Source of the DNA: an uncultured Eubacteriales bacterium
GTDB taxonomy: Bacteria > Bacillota > Clostridia > Oscillospirales > CAG-272
Reading direction: 5' to 3'
NCBI GenBank assembly: GCA_934526185.1
Contig: CAKTAA010000002.1
Span: forward strand, 24,345 to 88,344
Length of the DNA stretch: 64,000 nucleotides
Shown here: in pieces, positions 33,845 through 44,638 of the stretch
Layout of the letters: each line of letters opens with the position of its first letter
How positions within the stretch are numbered: position 1 is the first letter of the stretch
Position numbers and translations under genes: made by a program
The notes under the pieces: model-generated
The model's input: the letters and a program-made list of their open reading frames with translations, nothing else
Told to the model about the DNA's origin: nothing
Databases searched by the model: none

Positions 33845-35674
33845 TTGATTAGAGAAGATTTGAGAAATATTGCAATCATCGCGCATGTTGACCATGGAAA
33901 AACCACGTTAGTGGATGAAATGCTGAAGCAGGGCGGGGTATATAGAGAAAATCAAGCGACAGAGGAGCGTGTTATGGACAATAACGCGCTGGAACGCGAG
34001 CGCGGCATTACCATACTGGCAAAAAATACAGCCGTGCATTACAAAAATACAAAAATTAATATCATCGATACCCCCGGACATGCGGATTTCAGCGGTGAAG
34101 TGGAACGAATCCTGAAAATGGTGAACGGCGTAGTGTTGCTCGTAGACGCGGCAGAGGGACCGATGCCGCAGACGAGATTCGTTTTGCAGCGCGCCCTTGA
34201 GATGCAGCATCCTGTCATTATAGTAGTCAATAAAATAGACAAGCCGGACGCGCGGCTTGACGAAGTCGGGGACGAGGTGCTGGAGCTGATGCTTGAACTG
34301 GACGCAACGGATGAACAGCTCGACAGCCCAATGATCTTCTGCTCCGGCCGTGCCGGTACCGCGTCTTTTTCGCCGTATGAAGCCGGAATTGATTTAAAGC
34401 CTTTGTTCGATACCATCCTCGACTATATCCCTGCGCCGGAAGGCGAAGAAAACGCGCCTCTGCAGCTTCTGGTTTCCTCTATCGACTATAATGATTATGT
34501 CGGACGTATCGGTATTGGTCGCATTGAGCGCGGCGTCTTGCGGCAGAACAGCGATGTTATGGTTTCCAATTTCCATGCGGCCGGAGAGGAGCCTCGCCGA
34601 CGCCGTATTGTAAGCCTGTATCAAATCGACGGTTTGCGTCGAATTCCGGTTGAAAGTGCAAAGATGGGAGATATCGTCTGCTTTTCCGGAGCGGAGGATA
34701 TTACCATCGGAGATACGATAACAGCGGTTGAGGCGGTGGAGCCGCTGGAATTTGTAAAAGTGAGCGAGCCGACTATGGAGATGACGTTTTCCGTCAATGA
34801 CAGCCCATTTGCCGGTCGCGAGGGAAAATTTGTGACCTCGCGACAGCTTAGAGAGCGGCTGTACAGGGAGCTGCTCAAGGATGTTTCTTTGCGGGTAAAT
34901 GACGGCGATACGACCGATTCCTTTAAAGTATGCGGCCGAGGGGAGATGCACTTGTCTATCCTAATCGAAACCATGCGCCGCGAGGGGTACGAGCTTGCGG
35001 TGAGCACGCCGCGCGTTATCATGAAGGAAATCGACGGAAAGCTGCAGGAACCGATGGAAAAGGTGTATATCGACGTTCCGGAAAGCTGCGTTGGATCAGT
35101 AATGGAAAAGCTCGGTGCACGCAAGGGGGAGCTGCTGGAAATGGGTATGCACGGAACCCGGATGCGGATCCAGTATCTGATACCTGCACGCTGTCTCTTC
35201 GGCTACCGAAGCGAATTTCTTACGGATACGCGGGGAGAGGGAATTTTGAATTCGGTGTTTGAGGGGTATCAGCCGTTCAAAGGAGAAATTGCGCGGCGCT
35301 TTACAGGTTCCCTTATCGCTTCGGAAACCGGAGAATCTACCTCGTACGGTGTGTTCAACGCGCAGGATCGCGGAACGATGTTTATATCGAATCAGTGTCA
35401 GGTTTACGAGGGGATGATCGTCGGGGAATGCCCGAAAATGACGGATATCACGGTGAATGTCTGCAAAAAGAAGCAGCTTACCGCTATCCGCTCCTCCGGT
35501 GCGGACGAGGCACTCAGACTGGTGACGCCGAAAATTATGAGCCTGGAAGAGGCTATAGAATTCATCGCTGACGATGAGATGATCGAGGTAACTCCAAAAA
35601 ATATACGACTGCGGAAACAAATTCTCGACAATTCTCTGAGACTGAAGGCGGTAAGCAAACAAAATAAGAACTGA
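33845..35674 (+). CDS. typA: Translational GTPase TypA/BipA
   Basis: LRNIAIIAHVDHGKTTLVD, DTPGHADF and NKID G-motifs, with length and domain order of BipA. TTG start after AGGAGA. Confidence 0.95.
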   Translation: MIREDLRNIAIIAHVDHGKTTLVDEMLKQGGVYRENQATEERVMDNNALERERGITILAKNTAVHYKNTKINIIDTPGHADFSGEVERILKMVNGVVLLVDAAEGPMPQTRFVLQRALEMQHPVIIVVNKIDKPDARLDEVGDEVLELMLELDATDEQLDSPMIFCSGRAGTASFSPYEAGIDLKPLFDTILDYIPAPEGEENAPLQLLVSSIDYNDYVGRIGIGRIERGVLRQNSDVMVSNFHAAGEEPRRRRIVSLYQIDGLRRIPVESAKMGDIVCFSGAEDITIGDTITAVEAVEPLEFVKVSEPTMEMTFSVNDSPFAGREGKFVTSRQLRERLYRELLKDVSLRVNDGDTTDSFKVCGRGEMHLSILIETMRREGYELAVSTPRVIMKEIDGKLQEPMEKVYIDVPESCVGSVMEKLGARKGELLEMGMHGTRMRIQYLIPARCLFGYRSEFLTDTRGEGILNSVFEGYQPFKGEIARRFTGSLIASETGESTSYGVFNAQDRGTMFISNQCQVYEGMIVGECPKMTDITVNVCKKKQLTAIRSSGADEALRLVTPKIMSLEEAIEFIADDEMIEVTPKNIRLRKQILDNSLRLKAVSKQNKN

Positions 35675-35836
35675 TGCCACTTTTACGATTGACTGCAGGA
35701 ACTGAGAAATGAAAGAACAAAATTTTATTGCTGTAAGGACTTGGCAAAATATAAACAGCGTAAGCCGGCAGTTTTAAACCTGATTTTTTGTTTGTAAAAT
35801 CAGCGCTGTAAATTTGTATACAATCTATGCTAAATC

Positions 35837-35875
35837 AGCAGCGGAAAGCTTTAACTTTCCGCTGCTTTTATATTT
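35837..35875 (+). terminator. Intrinsic terminator after typA
   Basis: AGCAGCGGAAAG-ctttaa-CTTTCCGCTGCT followed by TTTATATTT. Confidence 0.75.
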
Positions 35876-36010
35876 CAGCGCATGAAACTCCGTTTATAAA
35901 ATATTTGTTCGAGGTAAGAAATTCTGAAAAGGTGACGGAGAAGTTATGCCTGCTAATGAAGTTTTGGTTATGAGCCTGCTCCCGTATGGCTATTATCTGC
36001 ATTAAATATC

Positions 36011-36916
36011 TTATTTCAACACGGCATTGACAAGGCTGATATGTTCAAATGCGCTTAAATCAGTACCGCGCCCGGTAAAATAATTTTGCTGTATATCATC
36101 GGCTGACAGCAATTCATAAATGAGAAAACGATGCCTTTCCAGCAGCTTTTCCAATGCGGCATATCCAAAACAGGATATCATCGGTTCACCGCTGGCAGCG
36201 GCCAAGGAAATCATATTCTGCACCCGTTTTTGGTCGGATAAAAATAATTTTTCATCCGCATAATCAAAAATGAGTGAGCTGCCCTCCGCTGATATGTCGG
36301 CAAGGCTGTCAAGCAAATTTTCAATCTGATTGACGGACAGATAATAGCTGACACCAAGCCAGGAAAACAATGTCTTTTTGTTCCTTTCAAATCCGGCGTG
36401 CAGTAGTTTTTTTTTCAGATCATCTGTTCTGAAGTCAATCGGAATGAAATATACGTTATCAGGAATTGTTAGACCGGCACGTTGTATTCGTTCTATTTTA
36501 TCCGATTGTGTCAACGGGTGATCTGCTTCAAAAACTTTGCAGTTTTTCATAAATTCCGGTTCGCGGAAGGAAAAAGAGTCCATACCTGCTCCGAGAATTA
36601 CGTATTGTTTCGTACCGGTGAGAACGGCGGTTTTTAAGCTGTCCTCGCAAAATCTTGCGCGGGCCAGCGGCGTGGGAGCAATCTGTGTATATACCAGATA
36701 GCGCAAGGCATCTCCGTGGCTTGTAAAGGCTCTTTTTTTCTCCGGAGCAAAAAAATCTATGCCGCTGAGAATATACTCGCAAATTGCGGTATATTCATCT
36801 GCGGTTATCAGCTTTTTGGCTATGGGATCTTCAAAAACCGGAGCAGTTTCATGCTCTGTATGATAGGCCCTGGCGAAAGCGGAGAGCAGGGCTGTTAAGC
36901 TTGCACTGTGATTCAT
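36011..36916 (-). CDS. Class I SAM-dependent methyltransferase (leucine carboxyl / O-methyltransferase-like family)
   Basis: 301 aa. SLTALLSAFARAYH..., VILGAGMDSF (SAM motif I in the LCM-type form), EADHP, W.GVSYYL. Confidence 0.7.
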   Translation of the reverse strand: MNHSASLTALLSAFARAYHTEHETAPVFEDPIAKKLITADEYTAICEYILSGIDFFAPEKKRAFTSHGDALRYLVYTQIAPTPLARARFCEDSLKTAVLTGTKQYVILGAGMDSFSFREPEFMKNCKVFEADHPLTQSDKIERIQRAGLTIPDNVYFIPIDFRTDDLKKKLLHAGFERNKKTLFSWLGVSYYLSVNQIENLLDSLADISAEGSSLIFDYADEKLFLSDQKRVQNMISLAAASGEPMISCFGYAALEKLLERHRFLIYELLSADDIQQNYFTGRGTDLSAFEHISLVNAVLK

Positions 36917-37045
36917 CTGTTTGCCACCTTTCCTTGCTTGAAATTTTATGACCGGTTAAGGCTTTCAAATGTGTCTGAGAATTTGTGCTTCGAATTTGGC
37001 GCACCGCCGAAGATAAAAAAGCAGAGCCGGTTTTCCTGAACAGGA

Positions 37046-37237
37046 CTATCGGCTCTGCGTCTGTGCGTCTGGCTCTTTTGCAGCGGATATATGAAATTTT
37101 CGGACATTGATAATGGATTGCCGCCGGCATTTCGGACAGTACAGCGGATAGTTTATCAAAACCGTTTCCTCCAGTATTCTGTCGCGGGTTTTACCGTTAC
37201 AGACAGGACAAATCAGCCACATACCGTTTTCGTTCAC
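37046..37237 (-). CDS. Cysteine-rich KTR-domain small protein
   Basis: 63 aa. WLICPVCNGKTRDRI...YCPKCRRQ: two CxxC pairs with the KTR signature. It starts immediately after the TetR stop. Confidence 0.7.
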   Translation of the reverse strand: MNENGMWLICPVCNGKTRDRILEETVLINYPLYCPKCRRQSIINVRKFHISAAKEPDAQTQSR

Positions 37238-37882
37238 TTAAATTTTCACCTCCGATATAGACTGGATAAGCTGCTGAAAGCCATATTCCAAAAAGTCAGT
37301 TTCAGAAATGGAAAACTGTTTTGCAATAAATTTTCCCTTGGTCTGCACCAGAGAAAGCAGGGACGTAATACTTGACCACCATATATAAACGGACATCATT
37401 GGTACAACATCCTGCCGCACATCGCCGCTTGCTTTTCCGTCCTCGATAAAGGCTGCAAGCAGGCTGTTTATTTCCGTTCCCAGACTTAAAATGCGCTTGA
37501 GCGTGTTGGAAAGCTTCGATGTATCAAAGCAATCCGATTTTGCCCGGTTGACATTTTCCAAAGAACAGGGACATTCGCTTTGATACTTTCTCATGGCAGC
37601 GCAAATTGCTTTATAACGGGTTATAAAATCCCCGCGGAGCATGACTGCATTTTCAAGGTTATGTTTTAATTCAATCAGCCCTTTTTCTACAATACGGTGC
37701 AGAATTTCATCCTTGCTTTCAAAATAAGAATAGACGGTTCTGCGGCTATACTCAGATGCTTTGGAAATATCGGCTATTGTGGTCTGCGCATAACCCTTTT
37801 CTGAAAAGAGCCTTTCCGATGCCTGTAAAATCCGCTCTCTGTGAAGCGACGCAACTGCTTCTTTTTTATTTGTCCTGCTCAT
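37238..37882 (-). CDS. TetR/AcrR-family transcriptional regulator
   Basis: The N-terminal HTH GYAQTTIADISKASEYSRRTVYSYFESKDEIL is typical of TetR. Confidence 0.85.
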   Translation of the reverse strand: MSRTNKKEAVASLHRERILQASERLFSEKGYAQTTIADISKASEYSRRTVYSYFESKDEILHRIVEKGLIELKHNLENAVMLRGDFITRYKAICAAMRKYQSECPCSLENVNRAKSDCFDTSKLSNTLKRILSLGTEINSLLAAFIEDGKASGDVRQDVVPMMSVYIWWSSITSLLSLVQTKGKFIAKQFSISETDFLEYGFQQLIQSISEVKI

Positions 37883-38323
37883 AGTATATCACCGTTATTT
37901 TTAGTATATCAATAGTATACCATATGAACGTGCTAAAGTCAATAGGATAAAAGAAAAAATGACAGACAGTTACGGTGCTGTAATTGATTGAATAAACACG
38001 TTCTTCTTAGAATTGTGCTGCCTGCTTGAGACTGTTGATGTTGGACCGCTTTTGATGCGCTAAGGAGGCGAGTAATACCTGATAAAGCTGTATTTTTGTT
38101 GTTAAACTTGATAATTTATGGTATAATGACGGTCATTTTGGACAGATTTCGCCTACAGCGAGGCTCCCGTCAGTACAGAGTGTTCAGTCTACAGCCGGGA
38201 ATCTTCACGGTAATGTGATAAAAGTTTATTAATTGCGGCCAGTGCGTCCATTTTCATCTTTTGGCAAAACCGATTAACAGAGATAGAGACGGTAAATATA
38301 TAGGAATAAACAGAAAGCCGGCG

Positions 38324-38506
38324 TCAACTAAGGGATGAAATATATGAGCAATTTTCCAAGAAATAATAGCGCTGTTTGGCGGCATATTTAAAGCCTGTTT
38401 TCCAACGGCTTACCGCCTGCGGAGAAATACTCAGATACTCTGATAATTTTCCCTACGGGGTGTTCTTTTCACAGCGAAGCTTTTTGATAACATTTCGAAT
38501 ATTCAT
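38324..38506 (-). pseudogene. Small XRE-type HTH gene interrupted by one in-frame TAG
   Basis: The minus strand reads MNIRNVIKKLRCEKNTP-TAG-GKLSEYLSISPQAVSRWKTGFKY...*. The HTH core (LSEYL.IS.QAVSRW..G) continues in the same frame after the stop. Confidence 0.5.
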
Positions 38507-38869
38507 AGCATAATTTTGCCCTTGTGTACCAAGGGACTCCTTTCTTAAGGCATTAGGAGTGTGGGCATAAAATTACTGTACCGTGCGCACCGTATAATTC
38601 AATTAAAGGGATTTAACGGTGCTGTGCAAGGCCTTTCTGCTTAGTCCGTCACAACCGGTAATGGATATTTTGCAGATGCGGTATGTAAAAAGTGTTTTAA
38701 CGTGCTCGGTTTGAATGTATTGAAAAGTAGCGGAAGGTGTGCTATAATGTGCATAAGGGAAAAGAACATCGTTTTGAAGCAAAAAACTGAATGATTGACA
38801 GGTGCGGTGAGAAGGATCTGGTGCGGAAAGCAGCGGGACCGGAGAGGTAGTACGTTCGGAAAGCGGGTA

Positions 38870-39850
38870 ATGCGGATGGGTTACAATAAAGAAAATTACA
38901 AACGGATAAGGCACGAGTTTGAGGAAAAACACTTGGCAGCCAAAAGAACGGCGGAGGAACGCCGGAAAGAGCTGCACCGTCGGCTGCCTGAAGTGGCGGA
39001 GATCGATCGGGCGCTGTCACAGACGGGGCTGAAGCTGTTCCGAGAAGCTGCAAAGGGAACGAAGAATCTGGACGAACGAATCGCTGCTGTACAAAAAGAG
39101 AATCAGGAGCTTCAGGCAATTCGTGCTGACGTATTGACGCGGAACGGATACCCCGCGGACTATTCGGCCGTGCATTACGAATGCGCTGTTTGTTCCGACA
39201 CCGGATTTGACGGTGAAAAAATATGCAGGTGTATGAAAAAGGCGCTTGTTATGGCTGGATATGAAAGCTCCGGCATCGGTCATCTCATGCGGACACAATC
39301 GTTTGAAGCCTTTACGCTTGATTATTACAAGGAGCCCTGTAAAAGACAGATGTCAGAAATTCTGCGCCAGTGCCGAAAATATGCGGAGAATTTTGAAAGC
39401 GGCAAAGCGGATAATCTTTTCTTTTACGGGACAACCGGACTGGGAAAGACGCATCTTTCCACTTCGATTGCAAAAGCCGTTATTGACAGGGGATATGATG
39501 TTGTTTACGATACGGCGCAGAATGTGTTTTCCGATTTTGAATACGAGAGGTTTAACCGCGGATACAACGAGGGAACGCCGGAAACGCGGACAGACAGATA
39601 TTTTCAGTGTGATTTGCTGATTCTGGATGACCTCGGCGCGGAGATGACGAATCAATTTACCGTTTCTTGTCTGTATAATCTGCTGAATACGCGGCTGAAT
39701 TTGAGTAAGGCTGTGATAATCAGCACCAACCTGACACACGCGGAGATGCAGAAACGCTATGCGGACAGAATTCTGTCCCGCCTGCTGGGGGAATACCGCC
39801 AGATGCCGTTTGTAGGAGAAGATATCCGAATGGTACGGCTGCGCATGTAG
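38870..39850 (+). CDS. DnaC/IstB-like AAA+ ATPase (replication helicase-loader-like)
   Basis: Walker A FFYGTTGLGKTHL, Walker B LLILDDLG, and an upstream Cys cluster CAVCSDTGF...CRC. The start at 38870 or 38876 (MRMGYNKE) is preferred over the track start at 38795. Confidence 0.7.
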   Translation: MRMGYNKENYKRIRHEFEEKHLAAKRTAEERRKELHRRLPEVAEIDRALSQTGLKLFREAAKGTKNLDERIAAVQKENQELQAIRADVLTRNGYPADYSAVHYECAVCSDTGFDGEKICRCMKKALVMAGYESSGIGHLMRTQSFEAFTLDYYKEPCKRQMSEILRQCRKYAENFESGKADNLFFYGTTGLGKTHLSTSIAKAVIDRGYDVVYDTAQNVFSDFEYERFNRGYNEGTPETRTDRYFQCDLLILDDLGAEMTNQFTVSCLYNLLNTRLNLSKAVIISTNLTHAEMQKRYADRILSRLLGEYRQMPFVGEDIRMVRLRM

Positions 39851-40218
39851 GGGGAGGCAAAACTTATACCGATGCTCGTTTTGCCGTGCATATTTTCAAC
39901 AGGATTGTATCAAACTCAGGTATTATCGGCGTATGAGAAAAATTACGCACGAAAACGATGCAATGGAAGATGAATTATAAATTTTATCAGTGTGTATTAA
40001 ATCGAACCGATTCGCTTGCGCTTGATAAAAAAGTTTGACTTGCGTGAAAGATATAATAGAACGGTTGAAAACAGAGTCGATTGTCACAAACAATTACCGA
40101 AAAATCAATTAAAAAAGGATACTCAGATTACGCAGCGTTATCATTTGGTTATGTGTCTTATCTTTTCATCATAAGATTGCCGATAAAACGTAGAAATAAG
40201 GGATAGACTTCGCCAACG

Positions 40219-40265
40219 CAAAAAAAACGATCCGAATCAGAAACATAAATTCTATTCGGATCGTT
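40219..40265 (-). terminator. Intrinsic terminator after the queG-like gene
   Basis: 12-bp stem AACGATCCGAAT / ATTCGGATCGTT. On the minus strand it is followed by T8. Confidence 0.7.
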
Positions 40266-40436
40266 CTGTTTATGATTGCCGATAGCGTTTGCAAAAGCAA
40301 AACGGAAAGCGTTGGCGCAAACGATTTTCCTTAGTGCATCGTTTGAACAAAGTTATGAAATAGGTAAATGACGTTTTAAAAAGAAGAAAACCGATATGTA
40401 CGACAGAATACCGACCGAGGAAATTTGTGCTTTATT

Positions 40437-41291
40437 TTAATATCCGTTTTCCAAAATGGTGAGATTGCGATGGATGCACGTTTTCTTTTTCCATGCATAA
40501 GCCCGTTCGGCAAAAATATTTTCAGGCATGTCCATAATTTGTTGAGCGGTCAAATGCCAGATTAGCTTTTCTCGAAAAAACGGAATGGGGGAAAGCGCGG
40601 CACCGTTTTTCATTGCCTGCTGCGTATGCGGGCAGGACGTTTGACACAAATCACACCCCCACGCAGAACCATAACGTTTAAGATAAGCGGGGTAAAGAGG
40701 ATTTACCCATTTTTTTGTCTGCGTCACAGCAGAAAGACAGTCGGAAATTCCAAAGGGATTGTCATATATAGGACATGCACTGCGGCATTGACCGCAATGC
40801 TCACAGCTTTTCGGCTCCTGAAGCCGTACAGCTTTGCCCGGATAATAATACTGATCCGCCGGAAGATCGGAATAAATGCCTCCGATAAAAACAAGTGAGG
40901 CGTAGCGTGGATGGATAAGAAGCCCGTTATCTCCGAAAACGCCAAGACCTGCCGAGGCTGCCGCATGCCTTTCATCAATCGCCGAGCTGTCCCCCCCACC
41001 CATGAATGAGCGACCGGGAAAAATCTCGGAGAGGGCTTGCTCCAGTCTTTGGAAAAGCTGACTGAAATACAAGTGATAGTCTCTTGCTACTGCATACAGA
41101 GAAATATTGCGTTCCGGACGGTCACCTGCAAAATACGGGACCAGAAAAATCAGCACGCTCTGAACTGCTGATGCGCCGCGCTGAAAATGCTCGAGCTTGC
41201 GAGGAAAGGTCAGGCGGCAGGCGGAGAGGGGGAGGGCGGCCGCCTCGGTCAGACCTTCACGAAAAAGTATGTTCAGTATTTCGGATTTCAT
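40437..41291 (-). CDS. queG: Epoxyqueuosine reductase-like 4Fe-4S protein (QueG family, short form)
   Basis: VARDYHLYF, CEHCGQCRSACP and GCDLCQTSCPH (two ferredoxin-type clusters), as in QueG. Start at ATG 41291 (MKSEIL, RBS AGAGGA). Confidence 0.6.
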   Translation of the reverse strand: MKSEILNILFREGLTEAAALPLSACRLTFPRKLEHFQRGASAVQSVLIFLVPYFAGDRPERNISLYAVARDYHLYFSQLFQRLEQALSEIFPGRSFMGGGDSSAIDERHAAASAGLGVFGDNGLLIHPRYASLVFIGGIYSDLPADQYYYPGKAVRLQEPKSCEHCGQCRSACPIYDNPFGISDCLSAVTQTKKWVNPLYPAYLKRYGSAWGCDLCQTSCPHTQQAMKNGAALSPIPFFREKLIWHLTAQQIMDMPENIFAERAYAWKKKTCIHRNLTILENGY

Positions 41292-42100
41292 GATGTTATA
41301 TCCTCTCTGCCGTATGATAAAATGTTTTATCCGTCTTGCGGAATCCAATTTTCTGCCGGACCATCTGTATATATGTACCTATTATAGCGGTATTGACATA
41401 CGAAGGAAAGGCGCTGCCGGTAATTTGGGGAAGCACAGCGCTGACAGTAAAAGAAAAATAGACTGACTGCTGATTTTTGTATATAAAGAAGTTATGGGAA
41501 TGTGATATATCAAATGGAAACAGCATTGCGCCCGAAGGAACACGGATAATGTACAGTGCTGCGATGGAATATCCTGCGCCGAAGTATTATGGAAATTCAA
41601 TATTTCTTGAGTCAGTAAGGTATTGTTCTTTTATTAAATAAGATAAATAATGAAAGAAAGTACATGTATGAAAAGGGAATTCAGTTTAACAGTTTCAGGC
41701 CTGTTCTGTTTGAATTTCAGAAAATTTTTCCGGAAGCTTTCAATACTGTTTGAAATACTTTCGCCGGATGCGTTGCTGACGGCCGAATGTTACACGCAGT
41801 TGTTTTCCTGTGCCTCCCGGTTTACGCATATTCACGCAAGGAAAGCGTCAGTAAAATAAATCAATATTGTGTTCTGTGTTTCAATCCTTATTTATTTGTC
41901 AGAACCGTCGGTTTGCTTGGCCGCTGAGCTGTAAAAAATTGGGTATACTTGCTTTTCTGATTTTGACGGACCGCGGCAGCGTATGTGCGTGAAAACACAA
42001 AAATTGTCAATCAGAATGCTATGATTGGAAATTGTATTGCAACAGAGCTCTGCTGTGCTCTCAGTGTTTTATCGTAATCTATAAGTCAGCCTGTGATACC

Positions 42101-42147
42101 GTAATTCAAAAAGTCCCGCTTGCCGGTTGCCGACAAACGGGACTTTT
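42101..42147 (-). terminator. Intrinsic terminator after the oxidoreductase operon
   Basis: AAAAGTCCCG ... CGGGACTTTT hairpin just downstream of the gamma-subunit stop. The minus-strand tail is TTTGAATT. Confidence 0.6.
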
Positions 42148-42156
42148 AATCTGCCA

Positions 42157-42696
42157 TCAGGCCCTATCAAAACGGTAACCCAAGTCAAATGCCTTTTGGT
42201 TCTTTTCTATCAGCGCCGCTTTTGATTCGGGAATTCCCTTGGTCAGGTGATGGACAAAGGTATCATATGCGAAGAGACCGGTTTCACGGATCAATTTACC
42301 GAGCATAATCACGTTTGCCATGCCTGTCAGGCTGTTATCCGATGCAAGAGCAGTCGCGGGAACGTAAAAAGCTTTGATATCATCTCTTTCCGAGGTCTTT
42401 GTAATCAGGGAGCTGTCTGCAAAAAGCAGACCGCCTTCCTTTACAGAGGGTTCAAACTTTTCAAACGAGGGAAGATTGAAGGACATCAGAATATCCGGAA
42501 AGTTGACCAACGGAGAGCCGATTGCCTCATCCGCAATGATGACGCTGCAATTCGCCGTGCCGCCGCGCATTTCCGGGCCGTAGGAGGGCAGCCATGATAC
42601 CTGCTTATTTTCATCCATACCTGTTTTGGCAAGCTGCTTGCCGGCAAACAGAATGCCCTGGCCGCCGAAGCCCGACAGAAGAATGCTTGTCGTCAT
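42157..42696 (-). CDS. 2-oxoacid:ferredoxin oxidoreductase gamma subunit
   Basis: 179 aa. ILLSGFGGQGILFAGKQLA...SYGPEMRGG is the canonical gamma-subunit N-terminus. Confidence 0.9.
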   Translation of the reverse strand: MTTSILLSGFGGQGILFAGKQLAKTGMDENKQVSWLPSYGPEMRGGTANCSVIIADEAIGSPLVNFPDILMSFNLPSFEKFEPSVKEGGLLFADSSLITKTSERDDIKAFYVPATALASDNSLTGMANVIMLGKLIRETGLFAYDTFVHHLTKGIPESKAALIEKNQKAFDLGYRFDRA

Positions 42697-43454
42697 TTCG
42701 CCTCGCCTCCTTCCGCCGTTTTATCCGCATAAACGCCGAGCGGATAATAGGGAATCATATTCTCTTCAAGCCATTTTATGGCTTCGGTGGGAGACAGGCC
42801 CCAGTTTGTAGGACAAGTGGAGAGTACCTCCACAATGGAAAGTCCTTTTTTATCAATCTGCGTTTGAAAGGCTTTCCGAATCGCCTTTTTCGCCTGTGTT
42901 ACGTGTTTAACGGAATCTACTGCGACGCGCTCCGCGTAGGCGGTGCCGTCGAGCGTGGAGAGCATCTCGCAGACGCGGATGGGGTTGCCCTGAATTTTCC
43001 TGTCGCGGCCGTACGGCGAGGTGGTAGTAACCTGACCGGGCAGCGTGGTTGGAGCCATCTGACCGCCGGTCATGCCGTAAATGGCATTGTTGATAAAAAT
43101 AATTGTAACATTTTCTCCGCGCGCGGCAATATGTACGGTTTCTGCTGTTCCGATAGCGGCGAGGTCGCCGTCCCCCTGATAGGTAAATACAACATTGTCC
43201 GGATGCGAGCGCTTGACACCCGTAGCGACTGCCGGTGCTCTGCCATGAGCAGCCTGAATCATGTCGCACTCAAAGTAGTTATAGGAAAAAACGGAACAGC
43301 CGACAGAGGCGATACCGACGGTGCGGTCCTCGACACCCAATTCGTCGAGCACCTCGGCGACAAGGCGATGTACGATTCCGTGCGTACAGCCCGGGCAATA
43401 ATGAAAAGGGACCGGAGACAAAGCCTTCGGCCTGTCGAACACAACTTTACTCAT
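42693..43454 (-). CDS. 2-oxoacid:ferredoxin oxidoreductase beta subunit (TPP-binding)
   Basis: YCPGCTHG, GCS.., FTYQGDGDLAAIG (TPP GDG motif), NNAIYGMTGGQ. Confidence 0.9.
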   Translation of the reverse strand: MSKVVFDRPKALSPVPFHYCPGCTHGIVHRLVAEVLDELGVEDRTVGIASVGCSVFSYNYFECDMIQAAHGRAPAVATGVKRSHPDNVVFTYQGDGDLAAIGTAETVHIAARGENVTIIFINNAIYGMTGGQMAPTTLPGQVTTTSPYGRDRKIQGNPIRVCEMLSTLDGTAYAERVAVDSVKHVTQAKKAIRKAFQTQIDKKGLSIVEVLSTCPTNWGLSPTEAIKWLEENMIPYYPLGVYADKTAEGGEAK

Positions 43455-44515
43455 TGCTTTTCACCTCCGCAGATTTTTACGATCTCGGCAAGTACGTCCT
43501 CGGCTGAGGGAATCATACCGCCTGTGCGACCGAAAAAGGATACCGGTTTCTTACAGTCAATGGCGACCTTGACGTCATCAACCATCTGCCCCAGATTGAG
43601 CTCCACAACAAGGAAGTTCTTCGCCGTGTCCGCGAGTTTTCGGAGAATCTTTTTGGGATACGGCCACAGCGTGATGGGACGCAGCATGCCAACCTTCAAG
43701 CCAACGGCGCGCGCATTGTTGATAGCTGTTTTGCAGATCCGGGAGGTAATACCGTAGGAAACAATGATGAGATCCGCATCGTCCGCCATATAGTTTTCAT
43801 ACAAAACTTCATTTTCCTCGACAAGCTCATAACGCTTTACACGTTCACGAATCGAGTCTTCCAGTGCATCGGGCTGAATATACAGCGAGTTGATGATATT
43901 CTTTTTGCGCTTTCCGCCGTGGCCGCAGGCAGCCCACGGCTTTTCGGGAAGATCCGCTGTTGGAATGCTGTCGAAGTCAACAGGTTCCATCATCTGACCG
44001 AGCGCGCCGTCTGCCAGAATCATCACCGGCATCCGGTATTTGTCACCCAGCATGAAGGCCTTTCCGGTCATGTCAGCCATCTCCTGAATAGAAGAGGGCG
44101 CAAGAACGATGAGGTGCATATCTCCATGTCCGTTTGCTTTGGTAGCTTGGTTATAGTCCGATTGAGCTGGCTGAATGCCGCCCAAACCGGGACCGCCGCG
44201 CTGTACATTGAGGATCAGGCAAGGGAGATCACAGCCTGCTATGTAGCTGATGCCTTCGCTTTTCAGACTGATGCCGGGCGAGGAGGAGGAGGTCATAACA
44301 CGAACACCGGACGCTGCTGCGCCCATGACCATATTGATTGCGGAAATTTCACTTTCCGCCTGAAGACATAGTCCGCCGACCTTCGGCATGCGCTTTGCCA
44401 TGTACTCCGCGATTTCTGTCTGCGGCGTGATGGGGTACCCAAAGTAATGTCTGCAGCCGCTGCGGATTGCCGCTTCCGCAATGGCTTCGTTTCCTTTCAT
44501 TAATACCTTAGCCAT
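43451..44515 (-). CDS. 2-oxoacid:ferredoxin oxidoreductase alpha subunit (Vor/Kor type)
   Basis: MAKVLMKGNEAIAEAAIRSGCRHYFGYPITPQTEI is the typical alpha N-terminus. Substrate (2-oxoisovalerate vs 2-oxoglutarate) cannot be assigned from sequence alone. The start is trimmed from the track start at 44563. Confidence 0.85.
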   Translation of the reverse strand: MAKVLMKGNEAIAEAAIRSGCRHYFGYPITPQTEIAEYMAKRMPKVGGLCLQAESEISAINMVMGAAASGVRVMTSSSSPGISLKSEGISYIAGCDLPCLILNVQRGGPGLGGIQPAQSDYNQATKANGHGDMHLIVLAPSSIQEMADMTGKAFMLGDKYRMPVMILADGALGQMMEPVDFDSIPTADLPEKPWAACGHGGKRKKNIINSLYIQPDALEDSIRERVKRYELVEENEVLYENYMADDADLIIVSYGITSRICKTAINNARAVGLKVGMLRPITLWPYPKKILRKLADTAKNFLVVELNLGQMVDDVKVAIDCKKPVSFFGRTGGMIPSAEDVLAEIVKICGGEKQ

Positions 44516-44638
44516 AATGGTTGTTTTTTTCCGGTACCCGCAGGCGTCAAATGCCGAAGGCACAGGAAAAAGCTCCTTTCTTCCCCGAAAAGTTCTGAAA
44601 CAGCGCCGGCCCGGACGGGGAGGGGCACGGCTTCCGGC

